64,000 nucleotides of DNA from Mobula hypostoma (Eukaryota), in assembly GCF_963921235.1 (NCBI RefSeq), contig NC_086107.1, positions 111,912,001 to 111,976,000 on the forward strand, written 5' to 3'. Positions within the stretch are counted from its first letter, which is position 1; each line of letters opens with the position of its first letter. Below the pieces are notes generated by a model that searched no databases, was not told the origin of the DNA, and was given only the letters and a program-made list of their open reading frames with translations. Made by a program: the position numbers and the translations under genes. This document shows positions 1 through 11,500 of this stretch, in pieces.

Positions 1-205
1 ACCCAGCAACTTGAAATTGCTCACTCTCTCCAAATCTGATCCCTCTATGAGGATTGGTTTGTGTTCCGTCATCTTACCCTTTCCCCCTTTCCGAAGTCCA
101 CAATCAGCTCTTTGGTCTTACTGACATTGAGAGCAAGGTTGTTGCTGTGATACCACTCAACCAGCTGGTATATCTTGCTCCTGTACGTCCGCTCATTGGC
201 ATCTG
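1..205 (-). mobile_element. Rex1/Babar-like LINE RT fragment
   Basis: The reverse strand encodes WYHSNNLALNVSKTKELIVDF, matching the + strand copy near 26100-26270. Confidence 0.7.
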
Positions 206-739
206 AGATTCAGTGCATGTCCTGGGTGCTGGGGTGAGGGTCGCGGCAATGCTTTGACAGATCTGAACGAAAATATAATTTTCTGAATGAATAGTGAACC
301 GAGATGGATAAGCTTTCAGGGGCAGACTCTCATATGTAACTGTTTCATATTAAAGTGAGCCTCTGCAAAGTGCTTTCTGATGGGAGCGATTACTAAATCT
401 CCACACACTGAAAGTGCAGCAGCTGATGATGCTGAAGGCAACATATTGACCAACCATGAACACAGACAGAAGCAGTCAGAGGCAGACTGGACGTGCACGC
501 AGATTAGCTCAGAAGAGAGTGAAAGGTTTTCTCTATAGCATTGGGGGACTGTGTTGATGTTTTTGTAATCAATGCATCTGTCTCCGCTGATGCAGAGACT
601 ACTGTTGCATTTCCTGCAGCCATAGTTTGTTTTTTAAAAAAATCAAGAGGAGCTAACAGGATGAAAAGAGGAAAACTGTTTTTGCTGTTCAATGAATGTG
701 CTTCTCAGTGTAAAAGTTGTCACCAAGCTTTTAAAGAAG

Positions 740-970
740 CACATACAGAATGCTGAAGGAACTGAGCAGGCCAGGTAGCTTCTATGGAAAAGAGTAAGCA
801 TTCGATGTTTCAGGCCAAGACCCTTCATAAATCCTGTAGAAAGGCCTCAACCCAAAACGTCAACTGTTTACTCTTTTCCAAAGCAGCTGCCTCACCTGCT
901 GAGTTCCTCCAGCATTTTGTGTGTGTTGCTTTGGATTTCCAACATCTGCTGATTTTTTCCTGTTTTTGTA
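740..970. mobile_element. Fold-back mini-element of two inverted Penelope-like 3' tails
   Basis: 740-830 is a reverse-oriented tail and 831-970 a forward tail. Flanked by a perfect 15-bp direct repeat AAGCTTTTAAAGAAG (725-739, 971-985). Confidence 0.75.
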
Positions 971-987
971 AAGCTTTTAAAGAAGTC

Positions 988-1210
988 AGCTGGCCACTGG
1001 TGTGCTGCCATCTGCACTGGACTTTGGGGTGAGTGGTCGTGGATTCAGATCTGACCGGCTCTTTGCACGCCTTCCATCCGTGCTGAGTTGAGCATCGAGC
1101 TACCATCTCGGCCTCATAAAACAGACACGAACGAAATGGCAAGGTTGCCACCTGATGCGCCAAACAAGATGCAGGAGGGAACTTTACCCTTTACCTTTTA
1201 CCTTTTACCT
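988..1210 (+). mobile_element. tRNA-headed SINE with RTE-like body and (TTTACC)n tail
   Basis: tRNA-like 5' part, then GTTGAGCATCGAGCTA...CTCATAAAA, then a simple-repeat tail. A second copy lies at 18791-18999 (-). Confidence 0.55.
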
Positions 1211-1251
1211 AAGAAGCAGCTGGAAACTCTGCTTAAGCCACAAATGATATA

Positions 1252-1811
1252 CCCTCTGTGGTCACTTTATTGGATATCTCCTGTGCCTAATAAAGTGGCC
1301 ACTGAGTGTATGTTCATGGTCCTCTGTGCTGTAGCCCATCCACTTCAAGGTTCGATGTGTTGTGCATTCCGATGCTCTTCTGCACACCACTTTTGTAATG
1401 TGTGGTTATTTGAGTTACTGTCGCCTTCCTGTCAGCTTGAACCAGTCTGGCCATTCTCCTCTGACCTCTCTCATTAACAAAGCATTTTCACCCACAGAAC
1501 TTGCGCTCACTGGATGTTTTATTTTTGCACCATTCCCTGTAAACTCTAGAGACTGTTGTGCGTGAACATCCCAGGAGATCAGCAGATTCTGAGATATTCA
1601 AATCACCCTGTCTGGCATCAACAATCATTCCCCAGTCAAAGTCACTTCGATCACATTTCTTCCCCATTCTGATGTTTGGTCTAAACAACAACTGAACCTC
1701 TTGACCACATCTGCATGCTTTTATGCATTGAGTTGCTGCCACTTGATTGGCTGATTGGATTCCAATAATGAGCTGGTGTCCAGGCGTACCTAATAAAATG
1801 GCCACTGAGTG
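1252..1811 (-). mobile_element. Non-autonomous Tc1-like DNA transposon
   Basis: TA-flanked TIRs related to CACTCAGTGGCCACTTTATTAGG. The minus strand encodes a Tc1 N-terminal HTH relic (MGKKCDRSDFDWGMIV...ADLLGCSRTTVSRVYREW). Further copies at 11909-12445, 34060-34602 and 35331-36030. Confidence 0.8.
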
Positions 1812-2002
1812 TACATCTCCAGATACGTGAGTGCCAGAAATTTTCTAAAGAATTTCTCATACCTGGATCCCCTCAATGTATGGCTTTAATCACTGATAAC
1901 CCACATCCAAAGGCTAAAGACTAGCACACACCTCGCACTGGAGGCCACTGCATGGGCGGTTTCTCACACCAATTAACCCTCTCTCTGCCATTCTCTTGAC
2001 AG

Positions 2003-2308
2003 ATCCATCATCAGTCACTGATCTCTCTGTGGTCAACAGGACAGCGGTCTCATTTGAATTAAAATGGACAGCACCAAATGACTCAAGAGCCTCTGACTAT
2101 ACCTACAATATCACTGCTACCAGAGTTGCTAGCAGATCTAGCTACAGAGATCTAAATACTGGTGTTAGCAGATCTTCAGTCACAGATCCAGGCAGTACAG
2201 AGTTCAACGTGACGGGACTGGTTCCAGGGGAACAATACGAGCTAACCGTGGAGTCAGTCACTCCCGAGAACACCCAGAGCGCCCCTGTGATGTTGACAAA
2301 CACCACAA
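2003..2308 (+). CDS. PTPRH: PTPRH-like exon: fibronectin type III domain
   Basis: ttgacAG|AT acceptor and A|GTAAGT donor, phase 1-1. Translation [24 protein letters not shown]...[19 protein letters not shown] has the FN3 W and LxPGxxY motifs. Confidence 0.9.
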
Positions 2309-5300
2309 GTAAGTAACAGTGGAGGAGTATAAAAAACCATTAATTATGCAACCAAAATTACTACTTGGGCCCTTAGCTCCCCATGGAGCATAGGCCATTG
2401 ATGACCTCCCACCTCTATCGTCCTCTGAAGTCAGTGGTACTCCAGGACTGATTCCAGGATTGAAGAGCTTGTCATATGATGAGCGTTTGATGCCTGTGGG
2501 CCTGTATTCACTGGAATTCAGAAGAATAAGGGGTGACCTAATTGAAACCTATCGAATGGTGAAAGGCCGTGATAGAGTGGATGAGGAGAAGATGTTTCCT
2601 ATGGTGGCAGAGTCTAAGACCAGAGGACACTTTCTCAGAATAGAGGGGTGTCTTTTTAAATGGAGATGGGGAGGGATGTCTTTAGCCAGAGGGTGGTGTA
2701 TCTGAAGAATTCGTTGCCACAGGCAAATGTGGAGGCCAAGTCTTTATGTATATTTAAGGCAGAGGTTGATAGATTTTTGATTAGTCAGGACACGAAGGGA
2801 TAAGGGGGAAAAGGCAGGAGACTGGGGCTGAGAGGAAAATTGGACCCGCCATGATGCAATGGCGGAGGAGACTCGATAGGTTAAATGGCCTAATTCTGCT
2901 CCTATATCTTATGGTCTTATGGTATGGTTGGAGTTCATCAACGCTTCTGTAATCCATTTCTACCCATGGTACAGGGGATTGCCCTATACAGCTTCACCAG
3001 AGCCCTGTTCACCAGCCTTACTGATTTCCATCTCTCCTGACAGGGTGTAGGGGTAGATTTTAAGAGAAATACAAATTTACAGACTCTAATATCATTGGTG
3101 GTGACAGTCGAACAAGATGCACAAGTCCAGATGAGACAGTATTCATGTTGAAAAAACTTATCCCTGGGCCCCAAAACAAGCTGATGGTGGAGCCTGTCAT
3201 TCCTGGAAGAACACTGAGTTCCCCCGAGAAAGTGGCAAACAGCACAAATTGGTGAACCAAAGAACGAATTGCTCGAGGAACTCAGCAGGTCAAGCAGCAT
3301 CTGTGGAGGAAAGGATTTGTCAAAGTAGCCAGTGTAAATGGGAGTGGGGAGACGAGGGACAGTAGGTGATTGGTGGACTGAGAAGCAGTGAAGGGTTATA
3401 GGCAGGTGAACGCAGGTGAGGATAGGGTGAAGCTGGGAGACAGAGGGAGATGGATGACAAAGAAGAAAACAAGGCAGAGAGAGCCGCATGGGGATGCAGG
3501 CCAGTTGCTCTATCACTGCAACACTGATTCCTGGCCAACATATAGTTCTTAAAATGCTCTCTTCATGGTGGCCTGGGACAATGTCATAACCTCCTGTAAA
3601 CGAAAACTATTTTAAAATTTGTTATGTGTTCTTTCCTGGTTTAGCTCAGGGTATTCGCAAGCAAAGGAGACGACACACATGTTCAAGGCCTCAAGTGAAC
3701 TCTTTACTAGAACTAGCACAAATGCAATACAGAAATAAATAAATAAATTTGTTATGTGGGAGCAGCAGAGAAATCAAAATTATGGTTATTCTTCACTAAC
3801 CAAGCCGATCTGCAGAGGGCCACAGATCGAGATATCTCTCTCTCTCCTCTCTCCTCTCTCTCTCTCTCTCTCTCCCTCTCTCTCTCTCTCTTCCCCCCCC
3901 TCTCTCTCTCTCTCTGACTCGACATAGCCTGACTCTCCCTGTGATCCAACCTAAGACAAACCTTCTCCTTACACCAAGAAGGTGCCCCTTTTTTTACCCT
4001 TCAAAACCTCTTACACTGTACCTGCACTGGTACAATGACTTAGCCTTTCCCAGAAAACCATGTTTTTCACCATCTTGCACTGTTATGGCTGTAGACTTGA
4101 TTTCGCTCAACTATCTCTAAACATCGCTGTGGACCTGTCCTCATGTACTTTCCAAAACAGTCCCCTCCAAGTTCAAAGCACGTTGTCCTCCCGACTTCCA
4201 GTTTATTTCAGAATATACCACGGAGGAATCAAATTTACCTTTTCCCTTCCACCATCCAAGGGTGAAAATATGTAACATGTGCTGAAGATTGGGATTTGGA
4301 GTTTGATGTGTCAATGACGCACTCTGCAATCTACTTTTTCTGAGTAATGTTACATGTGATAGTCTGTGTGAGAATTATGCCCCATATCAAAGCTCATGAA
4401 TTTAACTTCAAAACGAAGCTTCTCCAATGTCTTCAGGAGCATCTAAGATTCTAGTTGAACACCTGCTCACTGAGGTACAATCATTGGAGTGGTCAGCCAC
4501 TACTTAGAAAGTCTATAGTGCCTGTATGAATGTGGTGATCCCCACACAAGTAATTCTGTGCTTCTTAAAGTAGTTGTACAATTGGAAGCTCAGCACACAT
4601 CAGGCACTCCCCCAGTTCCCCCGGTCTAATCATACTGTGATACCCCATCCACAAAGCCATTCTGATGGTCTTTTCAACCTCGGAGTTCAGCTTGTTCATG
4701 CCTGGTTGGAGTTCTGATTTCATATTTCAGACTCAGGTTTACTCATTACAGTGAGAGGCGCCTTTTGCGTTAACAACCAACCCACCTCAGGATGGGCTGG
4801 GGGCAGCCTATATTTATCACCACACATTCCAGTGCCAATATAGCATGTCCATAATATTCAGCAGAACAAGGCAGAACACAACAAAACCACCAAGTGTTGT
4901 GGGTTTCTCAGTTCCTGGTAACTCTCATCCTACCAGACTTTCAATGGGAAATAAGAGACAGATCTCTCTCCATCCTCACCACTCTACCTGTGTCTCTATC
5001 TTTCTGTTATATTTTTTTCCTCAGTTTTATTTTGTGTTTTATTTCAACTGCACCTGCCTTTGCGCCTCCCCCTGCCTTGCTGGTCAGTGTAAAGTTCACT
5101 TCAGTTTGTGTCACCAGAGAGAGAACTGCACTCAGTCTGTTCCGTGCATTTTTCAGTTCCTGATACTATTTCCGACTTCCGCTGCGCTGGGAGGACAGGA
5201 TACACGATCGGGGTGGAGTGGAACAAACCAAAGGGCAGGTTTAGCAACTTCACAGCTACTGCATCTGACGGTGACCGACTATTGATTAATCGTACCATTG

Positions 5301-5544
5301 GGAAGGAGAATGCGCTGAGCGTTGCTAATCTTCAGCCTGGACGCAAGTACACCATCAAAATCACCACGGTGAGCGGGCAGACATACAGCAAGCCTGAGGT
5401 CAAGGAATGCTGGACCAACTCACAGCGTGAGTATTCTGAATGTAAATATTTCCTCCTCCGCTTTTATAAAATCAAAAGCTCATCTTTCAAAGGGTCATGA
5501 TGCCATCCCCCAACCTGCATTTCTGCCACGGTTGTCCTTGTCCA

Positions 5545-5578
<34 letters not shown>

Positions 5579-8500
5579 TCGACTCTTGTCCAGGGCTGAC
5601 ACCTATTTGCGTGCATCTCCTCGCAGCAGCCTGTTCCTGATCTCTTTGTTCACACATCTGGAATCGTGGTTCCCCACTTCATCAACCTAGCTGCTGAGGA
5701 TTTGTTTTATGTGGAGCTTTATGTATTCGGTGGAGCTTGCCGCATTCAAATTGTCTGTCAAATTTCATATTTTGGACACCTCTGAGAGATTGAGTCTAAG
5801 TTTTAGGCACAGAATGAAGAGACAATGAAATGGTATAGAGCCATAAAGAGATACAGTATGGAAGGAGACACTTTGACTCCCCAAGTTCGTGCCAGCTATC
5901 AACCATTCACATTCATCCTATTTTATCCTTCACTACATTCCAATCATTTCCCCCCAGATTTTCCCACTCACTGCACTCTAGGGGCAGTTTACAGTGACCA
6001 ATTAATATACCCATCTTTGTGCCACAATAAGCGCCGGTAGTAATCTGTTCTTTGCCCTCAGAGGTCATTTTAAACAATCTACACTGGAGATTGAGATGCA
6101 CTATGATGTGGGATAATGGGGTTTACTGCCAGAATCTCACGCACGGCTGGTAATCATGCAAATTTAACTTGCAAACCACAAATAAAATGAGCATGCTTAC
6201 AATTCCATGGGGGGAAAAAAAACTGTTTTAACCTTCACCGTTTGAGTTTGAAATCTCAACGCAATTAGATCTTTTAATTAGATCTCAAAATAGCATTAAA
6301 TCTGGGATATAAATACCATGGTAGCATAGCGGTTAGGGCAACGCTATTACAGACCGGGGCGGTTTGGAGTTGAATTCCATCTGTACGGAGCTTGTACATT
6401 ATCCCCGTGAACTCTGGATGTTCCAGTTTCCTCCCACAGTCCAAAGATATACCAGTAAGTAGGTTAATTGGTCATTGTAAATTACCCTGTGTTAAATGGA
6501 TGGGTCGCTGGGTGGTGGCTCGTTGGGCTCAAAAGGCCTGTTCCACACTGAATCAATAAGTAAGTAAATAATACAATTGAAAACACTGGCTCAGACTGCC
6601 CCTAGGTTTGGTTCGGGACACAGTGGCCAGTTGACAGCAGCAGATATCATGGGATGACTGGGGTCTTAATGACAAACTGGACTGGCTGATGAGCAAGTGC
6701 CTAGCTCCTTTCTCTGGGATAGTGCAATGCTGCTACAGCTCGGAGTATCAGAGTTCCGAGCTCCGTAAGGAGTCTCAGTACATTCTCTCCGTGCAATGGG
6801 TGGGTTTTCTCCGGGTGCTCCCGTTTCCCCCCAGAGTCCAAGGATGTACTGGTTAGGAGGTTAATAAGCCATTGTAAAGTGTCCCATGATTAGGCTAGGG
6901 TTAAATCAGGGTTTTCGGGGGTTGCTGGGCAGCGCAGCTCAAAGAGCCTTTTCCACGTTGTAACTCTAATAAATAGTCAGATAGATAGCTAACTAACTAA
7001 CCAACCAACCATGCACTTTTTGTACTTTATAGCCATTATCATTGGAGCGATCATGGGCTCCCTGCTGGGCCTGATCCTAATTGGCGTATTACTGTTCTTC
7101 ATCTTCTACAGAGCCAGGCGTCAGAGGTAAGAGAGCTTGCTTGAAGGATGGTAATGAATATGTATGATGGGAATTCTAAAGAAACTGACAGTGCCCAGTC
7201 TGTCTCGCCACTGATAGCATCATTACCAGACAGATTAATAAGTGCACTGTGGCACTGTACCCTGCCTTCGCTGTGTGCCATTGGTAATGCGTTTTTCACC
7301 TTGGCCCCAGAGGACCACTGTTCCATTTGGTTATGTTTATGTATTTTGGGCAGATGGGGCTCATCAGCTGAGGTTGGCATCTCATTTAAGAGAAGGAAAA
7401 CTCTGATTACAAACCTCCACTGCTTTGCAGCTATACCCACTTATGGAGAGGGCTTCATAAATGAACCCCGAGAAAAAATCCAGAGATGGTGTCCTTAACT
7501 CAGTCTTACACTGAGTTCAATGCTGGCAGGTAACTCTTGTGATGCTGCTGGTGCCAAACTAGATCGGTCGCTGCTGTTCTTTTGGACTCATCAGCTGCAT
7601 GGAGAGGGGGAGCCTGGTGCATGGGCAACAGCTTGCTCTCCATATCGTGCTGCCCTGCCTGCATACTAGATGCATAGTCATAGTCATAACTTTATTGATC
7701 CCAGGGGGAAATTGGTTTTCGTTACAGTTGCACCATAAATAATAAATAGTAATAGAACCATAAATAGTTAAATAGTAATATGTAAATTATGCCAGGAAAT
7801 AAGTCCAGGACCAGCCTATTGGCTCAGGGTGTCTGACCCTCCAAGGGAGGAGTTGTAAAGTTTGATGACCACAGGCAGGAATGACTTCCTATGACACTCT
7901 GTGTTGCATCTCGGTGGAAGGAGTCTCTGGCTGAATGTACTTCTGTGCCCAACCAGTACATTATGTAGTGGATGGGAAACATTGATCAAGATGGCATGCA
8001 ACTTAGACAGCATCCTCTTTTCAGACACCACCGTGAGAGAGTCCAGTTCCATCCCCACAACATCACTGGCCTTACAGATGAGTTTGTTGATTCTGTTGGT
8101 GTCTGCTACCCTCAGCCTGCTGCCCCAGCACACGACAGCAAACATGATAGCACTGGCCACCACAGACTCGTAGAAAGCTAGTATACAACTGTCAAGTAGA
8201 CAGCTAGGATACAACGCCCATGGTCAACACCGATCTCGCTCTATTCATGTATGGTTGGATGATGATTAAACTTGAATGTTGGAATCAAGTTACTGTGTTC
8301 TCCCTACTCATTCGATTATTCCACTGGGATACATCTTTTATTTACTTAGATTTTATTTAGGGATACAGCACAAAACAGGCCCTTCCAGCCCTTCGAGCTG
8401 TGCTGCCCCAGCAACCCCGACAGCCCCGATTTAGCGCTAAACTAATCGTGGGACAATTTACAATGAATAGTTAACCTACCTACGTCTGAGGAGTGCGGGA

Positions 8501-11500
8501 GGAAACTGGAACACCTAGAGAAAACCCACGCATTCCACAGGGAGGACGTACAGGCTCTTTACGGGTGATGCCAGGATTGAACTCCAAACCCTGATGTCCT
8601 GAGTTGTGACAGCATCGTGCTAAACAGTACACTATCATGGTGCCCATGACCCATGGTGAAACTATTTGAAATACTTCCCTTCCAGTTACTCTTGAGTGAA
8701 CACAGAACCATAAAACAGAAGCAACACACACAAAATGCTGGAGGAGCTCAGCAGGTCGGGCAGCAACAGTGGAAAATGACTTTTCAGGCCGAGACCCTTC
8801 TTCAGGACTGAGAAGGAAGGGAATGCCAGAATAGAAAGATGGGGGAGAGGGGCAGGGGGCTGGCTGGAAGGTGATGGGTGAAGCCAGGTGTGTGGGAAAG
8901 GTCAAGGGCTGGAAAAGAAAGGATCTGATAGAAGAGGAGAGTGGACAATAGGTGAAAGGGAAGGTGGAGGGGACCCAGGAGGAAGTAATAGGCAGGCGAG
9001 AAGAAGTATAAGTCAGAGTGGGGGATAGAGGGGCCAGTGGTTGGGGGGGGGGGGGAGAGAAATTTGTTCACCAGATGGAGAAATCAATATTCATACTATC
9101 AAGTTGAAAGGTACCCGGACGGAATATAAGGTGTTGCTCCTCCACCCTGAGGGTGCCCTCATCTTGGTACAAGAAGAGGCTATGGCCTGACACGTTGGAA
9201 CAGGAATAAAACAGAACCCTTTATAAATGATAATGTTCAGAGTAATGTAGCAAGGTAATATCCTGCTTGTACAGTACGAGAACCTACTTTCTGAAGATCT
9301 ATCATTAGCAAATGTAAAGTAGGCTTCAGTTTGTATATGGTTCTTGTGCTTCCTGCACGAGGAAGCTGTGCAGGAAGTTGCTTATAATTCTTTTCTGTTT
9401 TTTTCTAAGTGAAGGAGCTTTACTCCAGATCTAGCCCATGCTTTTTTCTGCTATCTATGGTCCTCCGTTAGCTGGGGTCAACCATGGAGGTTGCATCCTA
9501 GCTGTTGAAGTCGATTTACGAACCAGGCCAGTACAATATGGAGAGCAAGCTGTTGCCCATGCAGCAGGCGGCCACTCTCCACACAGCTGATGAATCCAAA
9601 GGAACGGCAGAGACTGATACAGCTTGGCACTCTTCGGTGTCTCAGGAGTTGCCAGTCAGGATTGAACTCAAAGTAGGACTGCCTAGGGGCTCCAACTCTG
9701 GATTTTTCCTCAGGGTTTACTCCCAGCCTTCCCCATGAGTGGGTATAGCCACAAGGCAGCAGACAGTTGAGATCAGAGTTTTCTTCCTCCTGGATCAAGG
9801 ATTCCCAACCTAGGGTCCAGCGACCCCACAGTTAATGGCAGGGGTCCACGGCATAACAAAGGTTGGGAACCCCAGTCCCAGATGAGCTGCGAGCTTATCC
9901 CCAGCTACGACAACCTTAAGAAACTTTTTCTCTGCTACAAATGAGCTTTATGTTAACCACTCTGTCGTTGATGGAGATTTACTCAGTGGTTATATATTCT
10001 TTTTCCAGTTTAGAGTTCAAGTTTATTGTCATTCCTCACTGATATATACAGCTAAATGAAACAATGTGCCTCTGGAACCAGGGTGCAAAGCACCTTATTT
10101 CACATACAAAAAATTTCTGTAGATGTACAAGTTGACATAAAATGCATGTAAGTTTATTCTAAATCTAACCCCAAGTGATAAGATAATGCAAAGAGATTTC
10201 ATATTTTTAAGTTGTTGTTGTGTGAATGAAGTCACTGGAGAGAAGTTCTGGTAGGTATGAAGTTGTCTCGTTATTCGACAAAATATCATGGGAGATATAT
10301 GTATATATAATAGAGAGAAAGCGAGAGAGAGGAGAGAGAGAGGTGGAGGGGGAGGGGGAGGGAGAGGGAGAGATTATCTGTTTGGTCTGTATTTTAAATT
10401 TAATCTTCAATGCATATTCAAATCCGAAGGCGAATGGCTGACGTCAGTTAAAGTAATTTATTACATGGCTAACCCCAAAAATCGCTCTAACAAACCAATC
10501 AGTTAATGATGACAGGTTTGGAGATGGGGAGTCATAGGAGCTCTCAGTGGAAGGTATTAATGGCGAGACTGTGATCTGATGGCACACCATTCACATCATT
10601 CAGCAATCCTCCTATTTTAGAAGTGCACCAAATATTTTTCACTCACCTAAATTTTGGCTCAGCAACACCTTAATTTTAAGTTTTAGTTCTGTTTCCTCAT
10701 TTTTTTAAACTCTCCACCTTTTTATATTAATTCTGTATGACCTGTATTACGTGGATCATTTTTGTTTGATAAAGTTCCTGTTAAATTAGTTAAGACATTT
10801 TAATAAATTAAACTTTAACATATTGAAGTGCTTTTGTGCAGTGGCATTTACATCCTCTGTGATGAAATGCTTTAAGAAGTGGGTCATGAAGCATATCTTG
10901 TGTCAAGATGAGACCACCCTCAGAGTGGAGGAGCAACACCTTATATTCCACCTGGGTAGCCTCCAACCTGATGGCATGAATATCAATTTCTCCTTCCAGT
11001 AAAAAATTCCCCCCTTCCTCTATTCCCCACTCTGACCTTTCACCTCTTCTCACCTTACTATCTCTTCACCCTGGCTCCCCTCCTCCTCCCCTTTCACCAT
11101 GGTCCACTCTCCTCTCTTATCAGATTCTTTCTTCTCCAGCCCTTGACCTTTCCCATCCACCTGGCTCCACCTATCAACTTCCAGCGAGCCTCCTTCCCCT
11201 CCCCCTCACCTTTTTATTCTGCCATCTTCCCCCTTCCCTCTCTGTCCCCATGAAGGGGCTCCCCTTTCACCATGGTCCACTCTCCTCTTTTATCAGATTC
11301 TTTCTTCTCCAGCCCTTGACCTTTCCCATCCACCTGGCTCCACCTATCAACTTCCAGCGAGCCTCCTTCCCCTCCCCCTCACCTTTTTATTCTGCCATCT
11401 TCCCCCTTCCCTCTCTGTCCCCATGAAGGGTCTCAGCCCGAAACCTCAACTGTTTACTCATTTCCATTGATGCTGCCTGACCTGCTGAGTTCCTCCAGCA

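Noticed and set aside
2938..3516. 192-aa minus-strand ORF
   Set aside because: Runs through decayed Penelope-tail and unique intron sequence with no coherent protein features.
6316..6380. tRNA-like sequence as a tRNA gene
   Set aside because: It is the degenerate head of a multi-copy SINE with no complete cloverleaf.
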